Assembly (NCBI GenBank): GCA_964457785.1
Contig: CAYWEX010000002.1
Location: 15,691 to 79,690 of the forward strand
From: Candidatus Woesearchaeota archaeon
GTDB lineage: Archaea > Nanobdellota > Nanobdellia > SCGC-AAA011-G17 > JACPIM01
Length of the DNA: 64,000 nt
Direction of reading: 5' to 3'
Position numbers and translations under genes: made by a program. The notes beneath the pieces were generated by a model. That model saw nothing but the letters and a program-made list of their open reading frames with translations, ran no database searches and was not told the DNA's origin. Positions 33,865 to 43,852 of this stretch are shown one piece after another (within the stretch, counting starts at the first letter, position 1; every line of letters starts with the position of its first letter).

Positions 33865-34254
33865 TTAGATCTTGAATACTAAATCTTTAGCTTTTACGCG
33901 AGAATTTACTTTTAGACCAATTTCAAGACCTTTTTTTGCTTCTTTAATTTGTTCGTGCTCCATTTGCATTGAATCTACTTTTTGCTTAAAAGATTTTCCA
34001 TGACCTTCTATGTGGATTGTGTCTCCTTTTTTAAGAATATTACTGAGTTTTACAACTGCTACTGAGATATGATCATAGAAATGAGTTATTTCACCAATTT
34101 TTGTTTTCTTTACTGTTTTTTGTTTTGAAGGTTGTTTTAAAGCTATTTTTTTGGCTGGCTTTCTTTTAGATACTGTTACTTTTTTTAGTTTAGAAACCTT
34201 TTTTGGTCTAGTTTTAGAAACTTTCTTTTTAGAAGATGATTTCTTCTTAACCAT
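33865..34254 (-). CDS. Lys-rich N-terminal tail fused to an EF-Tu-domain-2-like beta-barrel; function unknown
   Basis: aa 1-50 are K/S/P-rich. The C-terminus IGEITHFYDHISVAVVKLSN.LKKGDTIHIEG...GLEIGLKV resembles a translation-protein beta-barrel. Confidence 0.45.
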   Translation of the reverse strand: MVKKKSSSKKKVSKTRPKKVSKLKKVTVSKRKPAKKIALKQPSKQKTVKKTKIGEITHFYDHISVAVVKLSNILKKGDTIHIEGHGKSFKQKVDSMQMEHEQIKEAKKGLEIGLKVNSRVKAKDLVFKI

Positions 34255-34273
34255 TAAAAATTACATAATTCTA

Positions 34274-34288
34274 TTATATTTAAAGCTT
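34274..34288 (-). promoter_or_regulatory. BRE/TATA promoter (AAGC-TTTAAATATAAT in gene sense) for the 33865..34254 gene
   Basis: TATA centre is ~25 nt upstream of the ATG at 34254. Confidence 0.45.
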
Positions 34289-34350
34289 CTGGCGGGACAT
34301 GTTTTCTTTTAGTTTTAGCATATAATTTATAAATTTCGCCTTTAAATTAA

Positions 34351-35259
34351 ATGGCTATGAAAAAATTGACTTTGTTGATAATAGACTATAATTCTGGTCA
34401 TCATATACTTGAATTGCTTGATAGTTTAAAATATTCTAGTTTCAAAGACTATGATTTTTTAATATTAGATAATAATTCTACAAAACCAGAAGCTGTTGAG
34501 GCAAGAAGTAAAATTGAAAAAATTTCTAATATTAAATTAATTAAACTAACTAAGAATATTGGATTAACGGGCGGAGTAAATGAAGCTATTAAATATATTA
34601 AAACCAAATATGTTCTTTTAATAAATCCAGATACAATTATTGACAAAGATACTATAAAGGAAATGATAGATTTAATTGAAAGCGACGAGAAAATAGCTTT
34701 TGTCAGTGCAGCAATTTATAATTACAAACATAGGAATATAATTGACTCTTTTGGAGGAAAAATTAATTTTTTTACAGGTATTGGAAAACCATTAAGAGCT
34801 GAAAACGAAATAAGAGCACTGAGGTTCGGAGAGTATTGCGATGCGTGCTGTCTTATGTTTAACAGAGAAATATTTGAAGAATTGGGCAAATATGATGACA
34901 GGTATTTTGCATATGCTGAAACAGAAGATGTTTTGTTCAAAGCTATGAAAAAAGGATACAAAGTTTACATTAATCCAAAAGCTAAAGTGTGGCATAAGTT
35001 ATATGGCGGCTCTGGCGGAAAAAGGAGCAAAATTGCAACATATCTTTTGGCTAGAAATAGAATTTTGCTTATGAAAAAATATCTTAACTTACCAAAATTT
35101 AGTTTATTTTTATTTATTAATTTATTTGCAACTATGCCTATTCAAACCTTATTATTTATAAAAAGAAAGCAATTTGATTTAATGCCAAGTTATTATAAAG
35201 GAATTTTACATGGATTAATTGGAAGATATGGCAATTCTTTTTTGAATAATCATTCATAA
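34351..35259 (+). CDS. GT2-family glycosyltransferase (rhamnosyltransferase-like)
   Basis: LLIIDYNSG...ILDNNST...LINPDT (DxD-like) GT-A pattern; first gene of the rhamnose block. Confidence 0.8.
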   Translation: MAMKKLTLLIIDYNSGHHILELLDSLKYSSFKDYDFLILDNNSTKPEAVEARSKIEKISNIKLIKLTKNIGLTGGVNEAIKYIKTKYVLLINPDTIIDKDTIKEMIDLIESDEKIAFVSAAIYNYKHRNIIDSFGGKINFFTGIGKPLRAENEIRALRFGEYCDACCLMFNREIFEELGKYDDRYFAYAETEDVLFKAMKKGYKVYINPKAKVWHKLYGGSGGKRSKIATYLLARNRILLMKKYLNLPKFSLFLFINLFATMPIQTLLFIKRKQFDLMPSYYKGILHGLIGRYGNSFLNNHS

Positions 35260-35299
35260 GTTTTTTAAATAAAAGAATTGGGTTTGCTGGTTGATTAAG

Positions 35300-36283
35300 A
35301 TGAAGCTTTTTATAACTGGGGGTTGCGGATTTATTGGAAGTAATTTTGTCAGATTTGTTTTGAATAATTTTACAGACGTTGATATAATTAACTATGACCT
35401 GCTTACTTATGCAGCAAATCCCTTACCGGATTTTTCTCACTCTTATAATCTCTCTGATATTGAAAAAAATAACAATTACAAATTTGTAAGGGGAGATATA
35501 TGCAATGAGATTCTGCTGGACAAGCATATGAAAGACGTTGATTTTGTGGTTCATTTTGCTGCAGAATCTCATGTTGATAATGCTTTGAAGAACAATGATG
35601 TATTTTTAAATTCAAATACAATTGGCACAAAGAAATTATTGGAAGCTGCGCTTAAAAACAATGTTAAAAGATTTCATTTTGTATCCACTGATGAAGTTTA
35701 TGGGAGTATTGAGAAGGGGTATTTTAAGGAAGATGCCCAATTAAAGCCAAGCAACATTTATTCTGTTTCAAAAGCAGCAGGCGAACTATTATGCCAAGCA
35801 TTTTGGAAAACTTATAACTTGCCATTTACTATTACGAGAGGCGCAAATAATTTCGGACCTTATCAATTTCCTGAGAAAGTTATTCCATTGTTTATAACTA
35901 ATCTTCTGGATGGGAAAAAAGTTCCTCTTTATGGAGATGGGCTACATAGAAGAGACTGGATTTTTGTTGAGGATCATTGCAGGGCTATTTGGCATGTTTT
36001 AAAAAATGGCAAAACTGGTGAGTCGTATAATGTTACAGCAAACAATGAACTGGCTAATATTGAACTTACCAAACTTTTATTAGAAAAAACTGACAGAGAT
36101 GAATCTTTTATTGAGCATGTAACTGACAGGCCGGGGCATGATAGGAGATATGCAATGAATGCAGAAAAACTTAATGAATTGGGATGGAGACCTAGTTATA
36201 GTTTTTCAGAAGCTTTAGATAATACTGTTAATTGGTATAAAAATAATGTAAGCTGGTGGAAAAGACTTAAGAATACAAAATGA
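35300..36283 (+). CDS. rfbB: dTDP-glucose 4,6-dehydratase
   Basis: ITGGCGFIGSNF and YSVSKAAGE (YxxxK) with full-length RmlB pattern. ATG at 35300 preferred over the TTG at 35291. Confidence 0.9.
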   Translation: MKLFITGGCGFIGSNFVRFVLNNFTDVDIINYDLLTYAANPLPDFSHSYNLSDIEKNNNYKFVRGDICNEILLDKHMKDVDFVVHFAAESHVDNALKNNDVFLNSNTIGTKKLLEAALKNNVKRFHFVSTDEVYGSIEKGYFKEDAQLKPSNIYSVSKAAGELLCQAFWKTYNLPFTITRGANNFGPYQFPEKVIPLFITNLLDGKKVPLYGDGLHRRDWIFVEDHCRAIWHVLKNGKTGESYNVTANNELANIELTKLLLEKTDRDESFIEHVTDRPGHDRRYAMNAEKLNELGWRPSYSFSEALDNTVNWYKNNVSWWKRLKNTK

Positions 36284-37122
36284 AATTTCTGATTTTTGGA
36301 AACGGGTGGCTGGGAAATAAGTTTCATAATTTTTTTACTGAAAGTTCTATTTCCACTAGCGATATAACAAAATTTGATTTGGTTGAAAAAGAGATAATTT
36401 CGAAAAAACCGGAAGTAGTCATTAATTGCGCTGGAAAAACAGGAAGACCAAATATTGACTGGTGTGAAGATCATAAATTTGAAACTTATTCTTCAAATGT
36501 AACTGGACCATTTACTCTTGCTTCTGCCTGCAGCAAGCTAAATATCAAGTTAGTACATATTGGCTCGGGATGTATTTATCAGGGAGACAATAACGGCAAA
36601 GGATATTCTGAAACTGACGAACCTAATTTTTTCGGTAGTTTTTATTCAAGAACAAAAATATGGAGCGAGGAAGCTTTAAAAGAATTTCCAAACGTTTTGC
36701 AGGTAAGAATAAGAATGCCAATAGACGGAATTCCTTCTGATAGAAATTTAATAACTAAAATTACAAATTATAAAAGAGTTATTAGTGTAAAAAATTCAAT
36801 TACTGCTTTAACTCCTGATTTTTTTAATGCTGTAAGAATTTTATGCGAGAGAAATAAAACTGGGATTTATAATTTAACTTTTCCCGGTTCTATTGAGCAT
36901 AAAGAAATTTTGGATTTATACAAAGAAATTGTTGACAGAAATTTTTCTTATGAACTTTTTTCTTTGGATGAATTGCATAATGTAACAAAAGCAAAGAGAT
37001 CAAATTGTGTTTTGAATAATGACAAGATTACCAGAGAAATTCAATTACCAAATGTCAGAGAGGCTTTAAAGGAATGCTTATATGAATATTCAAATAATTT
37101 TAACAAGGTGATTTCAAAATGA
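36280..37122 (+). CDS. NRS/ER-type 4-keto-6-deoxyglucose 3,5-epimerase/4-reductase (RmlD-like)
   Basis: Full-length colinearity with plant NRS/ER: [67 protein letters not shown]. Confidence 0.75.
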   Translation: MKFLIFGNGWLGNKFHNFFTESSISTSDITKFDLVEKEIISKKPEVVINCAGKTGRPNIDWCEDHKFETYSSNVTGPFTLASACSKLNIKLVHIGSGCIYQGDNNGKGYSETDEPNFFGSFYSRTKIWSEEALKEFPNVLQVRIRMPIDGIPSDRNLITKITNYKRVISVKNSITALTPDFFNAVRILCERNKTGIYNLTFPGSIEHKEILDLYKEIVDRNFSYELFSLDELHNVTKAKRSNCVLNNDKITREIQLPNVREALKECLYEYSNNFNKVISK

Positions 37123-37997
37123 AAGGAATAATTTTGGCTGGAGGGTTAGGGACAAGGCTTTATCCAATTACCAGAGCTGTATGCAAACAATTACTTCCTA
37201 TTTATGACAAACCAATGATATATTATCCTCTATCAGTCCTTATGCTGGCTGGAATAAGAGAAGTTTTGATAATTTCAACACCTCAAGACCTGCCAAGGTT
37301 TAAAGATTTGCTTGGTGATGGTTCTAGTTTAGGTATGAAATTTTTTTATAAAGAACAGGCAAATCCAAATGGGCTTGCAGAAGCATTTATTATTGGAAAT
37401 GATTTTATTGGAAAAGACAATGTCTGCTTAATTTTGGGAGATAACATTTTTTACGGCAGCGAGTTTCATAATAAACTGGTTGAAGCGAGGACTTTTGTTG
37501 AGAAATATGGCGGCGGTTTAGTTTTTGGTTATCATGTCAATGATCCAGAAAGATATGGTGTAGTTTGTTTTGATGAAAATAAACAAGCATTATCTATAGA
37601 AGAGAAACCGAAAAATCCCAAGTCAAATTATGCTGTTACTGGTTTATATTTCTTTGATAATAATGTTGTCGAAATCGCCAAAAATCTAAGGCCTTCAAAT
37701 AGAGGAGAGTTAGAGATTACTGATGTAAACAATGAATATTTGAAAAAAGGCAAGCTAAAAGTAGAACTTCTTGGAAGAGGTTTTGCCTGGTTGGACACAG
37801 GAACTTATGAAAGTCTTTCTGAGGCTGGAAATTATATATCAACAATTGAAAAAAGACAAGGCTTGAAAATAGCCTGTATAGAGGAAATAGCTTTTCAATT
37901 AGGTTTTATTAATAAAGATCAATTGCTAAAACTCTCGGAATCATTAAAAAAAACTGCTTATGGACAATATTTAGTCGGTTTGGCTAATGGTTTATAA
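37119..37997 (+). CDS. rfbA: Glucose-1-phosphate thymidylyltransferase
   Basis: [18 protein letters not shown]...[17 protein letters not shown]. Confidence 0.92.
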   Translation: MKGIILAGGLGTRLYPITRAVCKQLLPIYDKPMIYYPLSVLMLAGIREVLIISTPQDLPRFKDLLGDGSSLGMKFFYKEQANPNGLAEAFIIGNDFIGKDNVCLILGDNIFYGSEFHNKLVEARTFVEKYGGGLVFGYHVNDPERYGVVCFDENKQALSIEEKPKNPKSNYAVTGLYFFDNNVVEIAKNLRPSNRGELEITDVNNEYLKKGKLKVELLGRGFAWLDTGTYESLSEAGNYISTIEKRQGLKIACIEEIAFQLGFINKDQLLKLSESLKKTAYGQYLVGLANGL

Positions 37998-38028
37998 TTA
38001 TTAATAAATTAATATTTAAGAAGCATAT

Positions 38029-39417
38029 TTAAGAAGCGCCGGATAATTTAATTCCATACAACTGATTATCTTTATGACTTCTAAATTTATTATAAACAAA
38101 TTTGTATAAGTTTTTTATGTGTTTATTATCTGGCATGTTAATTAAAACTTTTAACAAGCCAGTTTTGTATATGATTGGGTAAGCTGAGGCAACTGCAAAC
38201 CATTTTTGCAAATGCTCTACTTGTTTTTTATTTTCCAGTTTTACTATTGTAGTTTCAAAGAATTTAGGACCAATATCATTAAAGTCACCCTCTAATAATC
38301 CTCTTGATGCTGCATATTCTGTTAATGGCAAACCAGGATAAGGCTGGAAAATTGAGCACCAAGCATACAAAGGCTTACATTTTATATTCATCTTTAAGGT
38401 TTCCAAATCTGTTTCCAAACTAGATTCTGGCAAGCCTAAAATATTTTGAAGCATAATTCTTATTCCATATTTATGAAGCAAGTCTGCGGCTTTGTAAACT
38501 GTTTCTTTATCCATTTCTCTTTTAATTACAACATTTCTTATGTAATCATCTGCTGCTTCCAAAGCCATATGAACTGAATAACAACCAGCCTCTTTCAATA
38601 ATCGCGCTGTATTTTCATCTACTGTATTTGGTCTTACATGACAATGAAAGGGCAAGTTAATTTCTTTTTTGTATTTTTCCGAAAATTCTTTTAGCCATGG
38701 CTTATTCATTACAAAAATATCGTCCTGGAAATAAACAAATTTTCCACCGTGTTTTTGGAATACTTCTTTTATTTCAGTAATTAAATTATCTACAGATCTC
38801 CATCTCACCCATTTTCCTTTTCCACCATATATCTTATCTATAGATGCATTAAAACAGTACTGGCATTTATAGGCGCAACCTCTGCAAGCAATGAAATGTC
38901 TTATTGGTTCATCTTTCCATAACTTATGTTCATATGCGACGTCTCTGTCTGGAAAAGGCAATGTGTCCAGACTTTCATTTAAATTTCTAATTTCATTTTT
39001 GTAAATTTTTCCATCTTTTTTTATCCAAAGATTCTGGATTTTTGTATAATCTTTTCCCTGATCATAATTATCTGCAAATTCTGCAATTGCTTCTTCACAT
39101 TCACCCTGTGCTACAATATCCAAACCCTCTTCTTCCAGTACTTGCGGATGAAAAGTTGGATGAGTTCCGCCCATTAATGTTAAAAAGTTATGGTGCTGTT
39201 TTAACTCATTTGTTATTCTTAAAAATTCTGTCTGACCGCCAGTCATTACTGAACCTGCAACAACATCTGGCTTGAAATCCTGGACAACTTTTTTTAAATC
39301 GTCTTCACCAATAACAGCTATTTTTGTTTGATGATTATATTTTTTTAGAATTGCACTTATGTATAATAAACCTAATGGTTCTACAGGATGCTTCCATGCC
39401 AAAAATAGAAATTTCAT
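38029..39417 (-). CDS. B12-binding-domain radical SAM enzyme (paralog 1)
   Basis: N-terminal cobalamin-binding-like Rossmann domain plus CAYKCQYC (CxxxCxxC). Confidence 0.8.
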   Translation of the reverse strand: MKFLFLAWKHPVEPLGLLYISAILKKYNHQTKIAVIGEDDLKKVVQDFKPDVVAGSVMTGGQTEFLRITNELKQHHNFLTLMGGTHPTFHPQVLEEEGLDIVAQGECEEAIAEFADNYDQGKDYTKIQNLWIKKDGKIYKNEIRNLNESLDTLPFPDRDVAYEHKLWKDEPIRHFIACRGCAYKCQYCFNASIDKIYGGKGKWVRWRSVDNLITEIKEVFQKHGGKFVYFQDDIFVMNKPWLKEFSEKYKKEINLPFHCHVRPNTVDENTARLLKEAGCYSVHMALEAADDYIRNVVIKREMDKETVYKAADLLHKYGIRIMLQNILGLPESSLETDLETLKMNIKCKPLYAWCSIFQPYPGLPLTEYAASRGLLEGDFNDIGPKFFETTIVKLENKKQVEHLQKWFAVASAYPIIYKTGLLKVLINMPDNKHIKNLYKFVYNKFRSHKDNQLYGIKLSGAS

Positions 39418-39465
39418 TTTTACCTCTAAACTATTGTTAATTAAGTATTTTTATAAAGATTTCGA

Positions 39466-40740
39466 TTAAAGTGATTCTATTTGTAATCTTTTAGAAATAT
39501 CTTTTCCTTGTTCATGCATTAGAATAGTCTCAGCCATATATTCTATGCCATCTAAAGTTCCGTATTTTTCTTTTAGTCTTTCATTAAATCCTTTATTCAT
39601 TTCTGCCCTTTTTATTGCTTTTTCTAAACACTTTCTTGGATCTTCTTGATCAATTTCAACACCTAATTCAAGATCTAAAACACCCATATTATTCATTAAT
39701 ATTTCCGGATCGTCTTTTGGTTGATATTCTGGAAATAGTAATCCAACATTTAAACTCAGTTCTGCTAACATATGAACAGACCATACAGAAGACCAGCCTG
39801 TTCTTGCTATCTGTGCTTTAATTTTTGGATTTCCTATTTTATTAAAAGGAAGTTTTATTCCGTTAACTCTTGCGTTAAACTCATCATCATTAGAATAAAT
39901 TTGCAAACCCATTTCTCTTGCAGAATCATAAATTCCAGATTCAGCTACTCCTTTAATTCCTGTTACAGCAACATAAATTCCATCTGTTGGTAATTCTGTT
40001 GTATCTAATTTAGGAACATGAATTTGTGGTGGACATGGCAATTCTGTTAGTTTGCTTTTTCTTCTTTCAACATCGTATGAAAATACTCCTGGATCTGAAA
40101 TGAAATGTAATTTTTGATAATTTGTTAATCTTTCTGCAAGAGGAATTACTTGCTCTAACAATTTTGGATTTATTTCTGAATTAAGAGCTAAAAGATCTAA
40201 TGCTCTTTCTAGAACTTCTGAAAAGTAGCCTGCACCAGCATTCATATAAAAAGCATTTTTATGTGGGAATCTTATTCTGTTATTAAAATCAAAAACCGCT
40301 GTTATGTCTCTTGCATCTATTGGAACTTTTTCTCCAGATAATGTTTCAACTTCTCTTTTTCCATTTTCAATTAATCTTTTTAATTCTTCTTCATTTTCTG
40401 CATTATGTTCCAAGAAAGCTCTTAAAGCATCTTCGTAATTTGATCCTTTGAAAAAAACCTTATCTAATAAAGCACCAACTTTTAAATCTAATAAAAATTC
40501 ATCAGGATGTTTATCAAGAAAATCTTTTCCTGCTGCTTCTTCAGCTGTTTCTTTCATAATTCTTCTTTGTTTAGAACCAGGAATTTTATTTTTATCAATA
40601 TAAGAAGGAATTAAAGGAAATACTGCCGGCAGTCTTGAAAGTCCTCTTTGTTCTCTTTGATTATTGTAAGAAATAACTAAATCAACCATTCTTGAGAATG
40701 GCCCATTTCCATGCGCAAAATTAACATAAATGTGATTCAT
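39466..40740 (-). CDS. Uncharacterised protein, possibly a GT-B-fold glycosyltransferase
   Basis: N-terminus FAHGNGPFSR and C-terminus ARTGWSSVWSV...PEY..KDDPE...N loosely match GT1/GT28 patterns. By eye, less Lys/Asn-rich than its neighbours. Confidence 0.35.
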   Translation of the reverse strand: MNHIYVNFAHGNGPFSRMVDLVISYNNQREQRGLSRLPAVFPLIPSYIDKNKIPGSKQRRIMKETAEEAAGKDFLDKHPDEFLLDLKVGALLDKVFFKGSNYEDALRAFLEHNAENEEELKRLIENGKREVETLSGEKVPIDARDITAVFDFNNRIRFPHKNAFYMNAGAGYFSEVLERALDLLALNSEINPKLLEQVIPLAERLTNYQKLHFISDPGVFSYDVERRKSKLTELPCPPQIHVPKLDTTELPTDGIYVAVTGIKGVAESGIYDSAREMGLQIYSNDDEFNARVNGIKLPFNKIGNPKIKAQIARTGWSSVWSVHMLAELSLNVGLLFPEYQPKDDPEILMNNMGVLDLELGVEIDQEDPRKCLEKAIKRAEMNKGFNERLKEKYGTLDGIEYMAETILMHEQGKDISKRLQIESL

Positions 40741-40812
40741 TTTTTTAAGAGTCTTTATTGTGTTTATATAAAACTGATTTATCTGCTTTAAGTAATGAAA
40801 ATTTGTTATTTT

Positions 40813-41067
40813 TTAATTATTTTTTATTTTTAAGATTAATATTGAAAAGGCAAAAATAAAAGTTATTGAATTTGCAACTAAAAGTGGTATGTCTTTAATA
40901 AAAAATCCATAAGCTAACCAAAGAAAAGTACCACTACAAAGAATTATGTACATTAAGATAGAGATATCATCTGTTTTTCTTGTTTTAAAAGTTTTAATCA
41001 CTTGTGGCAGAAAAGAAATGGTTGTTAATGTTCCTGCCAGTAATCCAAGGTATATTATTAAGCTCAT
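40813..41067 (-). CDS. SemiSWEET / PQ-loop 3-TM sugar transporter
   Basis: 84 aa, 3 TM, with PQ motif in TM1 (ISFLPQVIKTFKTRKT). Confidence 0.7.
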   Translation of the reverse strand: MSLIIYLGLLAGTLTTISFLPQVIKTFKTRKTDDISILMYIILCSGTFLWLAYGFFIKDIPLLVANSITFIFAFSILILKIKNN

Positions 41068-42911
41068 TTTTTAATGATTACATTTAACCACATTGACAAT
41101 CTAGCAAAGAATAGTAAAATAGTCCAGTAAAATTCTCGTATATTTCTTGGGTATGATAATGCTGAGATAGTACCTTTAATTATTTCATTTTTTAGAGATT
41201 TTACTTTCGCTTCCTTTATATGCAACTTGTTTTGAATAATTTCGTGCTTTTTAGCGTGTTTTGTTTTTTCTTCGAACCATTCATTTAGAGTAACTGGGTT
41301 TTTTATTAGTACTTTTGCATTTTCCAAGTATTTTATTTTGTAGAAATTCCTCCAAAAGATATATGGTATTAAATGGTCTTCTGCAACTCCAACAGGAATT
41401 TCCTTTACAAATCCATTTTTAAAAGCAAATAAATAGTTGGTACATTCAAAGAATTTTTCTTGTTCTGATAATTCTTTTCTTATTCTATGGGCTCCAGCAT
41501 CTAATAATAGATGAGACCAGTAACCTAGTAAATTATTTTTTGAATTTAGTGAAACTGGTCTGCCAGTTACACATCCTACTGTGGGATCTTTAAATGCATT
41601 TAGTGCTTCATTTATTGAATTCTTTATTAAGATTGCCTGATCTGTTGTGACTAAAATTATTTTATTTTTTGCCATTTCAAGACCAGCATTTATTAAATTT
41701 GAAGAATTTTCTTTTTGCAAAATAATCTTAATATTATCATATTTTTTAACAAGATCTTTTACTTTTTTGTCTTTGGAAGAAATAATAATTTCGCAAGGAG
41801 CATTTATTTTTTGGTCTAAAATTGATCTTAATGTTTTTTCAGTTTCTTCTAATTTATTAGACATTAAAATTATTGACAAGGATTGTTTTTTTACTTCTAG
41901 AACTGCATTAAACAAGTCTTTTACATGAACGCCATCTATACAACTTGGAGTTCTTCCATCATAAGAAGAGTAACAGCCTACACAATCTGACTGAGTATAA
42001 ATCTTTAAGCCCTGATTATACATTTCTATTTCCTGAGGTGCTGTCTGTCCAAAGAATGTAATTGTATTTCTTTTTAGAGCCAATGCAATATGCAAGCCCA
42101 AAGAATCTGATGTAACAACTGTGTCACAAACTGAGATTAAAGAAGCTAATTCAAAAATATAATTGCCGCAGCCAGCATTTATCAAAGGAACTCTTGCTTC
42201 TGTCATTATTTTGTCATTTCTTTCAATTTGATCTTGTCCACCTAAAAGAATTATTTTTGCATTAAGTTCTTTGTATAATCTCTGGATTAATTCTATTGTT
42301 TTGTCTATTGGCAATGATTTTAAAGGCCATCTTGTTCCTGCCCCTGTATTAATTCCTATGATAAAATCATCTTTCTTTAAATTATATCTTCTTAGGAAAT
42401 CTTTTGCAAATTCTTTTTGTTTTCTAGTTAAAATCAAAATTGGCGGGTCTTTTTTATATGTTAATTCAGCTAATTCATAAATAATTTCAGGATAAGTTTT
42501 CTTGTTTTTCTTTTTTAGAATATCATTCATTGGTTTTGGACCAATAAAAGATGTTTTGAAGTAGTATTCTGCTGACGGAGTAGGAACTATTTTGTTTTCA
42601 TTATTTACATAATATCCAAATATTCTTGATTTTTTATTTAAAAAATGGGAAGTTAAAGAGCAAGCTTCAAAATCTTCATCCAAATTAATTACTATATCAA
42701 AACTTTCCTGCTTAATATTTAGAATATTTTCTTTTCCATAAATAATAATTCTATTAATGTATGGGTTTGTTTTTACAAGATCCAATGCTTCTAATTTTGT
42801 GAACCATGTTATTTTAGAATTTTGATATTTTCTTTTTATACCGGCAAGTATACAAGTTGATCTAAGTACATCACCCAATGCACCCTGTTTTATTACGAGG
42901 ATATTTGTCAA
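41064..42911 (-). CDS. Bifunctional glycosyltransferase: GT9 (heptosyltransferase-like) N-terminal domain fused to a GT2 C-terminal domain
   Basis: ILVIKQGALGDVLRST and GDSLGLHIALAL (GT9), then SIILMSNK...TLRSILDQ... GT-A-like region. Confidence 0.65.
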   Translation of the reverse strand: MTNILVIKQGALGDVLRSTCILAGIKRKYQNSKITWFTKLEALDLVKTNPYINRIIIYGKENILNIKQESFDIVINLDEDFEACSLTSHFLNKKSRIFGYYVNNENKIVPTPSAEYYFKTSFIGPKPMNDILKKKNKKTYPEIIYELAELTYKKDPPILILTRKQKEFAKDFLRRYNLKKDDFIIGINTGAGTRWPLKSLPIDKTIELIQRLYKELNAKIILLGGQDQIERNDKIMTEARVPLINAGCGNYIFELASLISVCDTVVTSDSLGLHIALALKRNTITFFGQTAPQEIEMYNQGLKIYTQSDCVGCYSSYDGRTPSCIDGVHVKDLFNAVLEVKKQSLSIILMSNKLEETEKTLRSILDQKINAPCEIIISSKDKKVKDLVKKYDNIKIILQKENSSNLINAGLEMAKNKIILVTTDQAILIKNSINEALNAFKDPTVGCVTGRPVSLNSKNNLLGYWSHLLLDAGAHRIRKELSEQEKFFECTNYLFAFKNGFVKEIPVGVAEDHLIPYIFWRNFYKIKYLENAKVLIKNPVTLNEWFEEKTKHAKKHEIIQNKLHIKEAKVKSLKNEIIKGTISALSYPRNIREFYWTILLFFARLSMWLNVIIKK

Positions 42912-42916
42912 TATAA

Positions 42917-43192
42917 TTAATTATATTCTGATTCTTGTTCTAATCCTGATTTTCGGATTGATCTATCGCTTTGCTCTTTTTTTCTTCCTTTTTCTGAATC
43001 ATAACCTCTTTTACTTAAGTAATCGCGAATTCTTTTTTCTTTATTTGGAAATTGCAATAAAGCAACATATAATAATCTATTCGCAACTATGCTTTTAGCA
43101 ATCTTTAGTTCAACCTTACTTACTCTTCTTTTAGAGGCCATATTTTCAAACCTATTTATTTTATCATCTAAAAATTCTTCTAATTCACTCAT
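42917..43192 (-). CDS. Hypothetical protein
   Basis: Intact ORF with a 4-nt overlap with the upstream gene; no motif. Confidence 0.4.
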   Translation of the reverse strand: MSELEEFLDDKINRFENMASKRRVSKVELKIAKSIVANRLLYVALLQFPNKEKRIRDYLSKRGYDSEKGRKKEQSDRSIRKSGLEQESEYN

Positions 43193-43767
43193 TTTAATTC
43201 ATCATCCTGGACATATTCTAAATTTTCCTGCAATGCTATATAGGCCTTTTGCAATTCTCTACCTAAATAAGCACAATGATCTTTTCTAATTGGTATTTTT
43301 TCTTTATTGATAATTGTTTGATAAATGTCAATTGGTTTTTTCCCATTTATTTTTAAAACTAACTTATTTCTTTCATTACAAAAACCAACTTCAATTAAGT
43401 TTTTTTCTTTATTTATTCTTATTAAAAAATAACCTGCTGGATCTAAGACAAATTCTTTATCATCATCATATTCGGCTTCTATTTCCCTTACATTATTTTC
43501 TTGAAGCTCAGTTGTTACTAATTCTCTTTTATCCTGAACATCAATTACTTTTATTGAATTTGTAGGGCAAGAACTGGCTGCTTTAATCAATTTTTCAGCT
43601 TCCTCGTCAGAAAGTTCTATATTCAAGATTTGAAAATTGTTTTTTGTTTCTCCTTTTTTTAAACTCGCTTTCTTGTTTTTTGTTTCAAAATGAGAAGGAT
43701 CTATATTTATACAGCTCCTGTTATCTATACATTTTTCCATATCTAATTCTACTCTTAATTTTTTCAT
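43189..43767 (-). CDS. Ferredoxin-like domain fused to a DUF4346 domain
   Basis: N-terminal CIDNRSC...SSCPTNSIKV, then DPAGYFLIRI...HCAYLGRELQKAYIALQENLEYVQDDEL (DUF4346 pattern). Confidence 0.5.
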   Translation of the reverse strand: MKKLRVELDMEKCIDNRSCINIDPSHFETKNKKASLKKGETKNNFQILNIELSDEEAEKLIKAASSCPTNSIKVIDVQDKRELVTTELQENNVREIEAEYDDDKEFVLDPAGYFLIRINKEKNLIEVGFCNERNKLVLKINGKKPIDIYQTIINKEKIPIRKDHCAYLGRELQKAYIALQENLEYVQDDELK

Positions 43768-43852
43768 TTTGCTAAGAACACCTTATTTTTGTAGATTTAA
43801 TGGTATTAATAAGGTTTATAAATTTTAAGGTGGTTTTAGTCTTTACAAGGGT

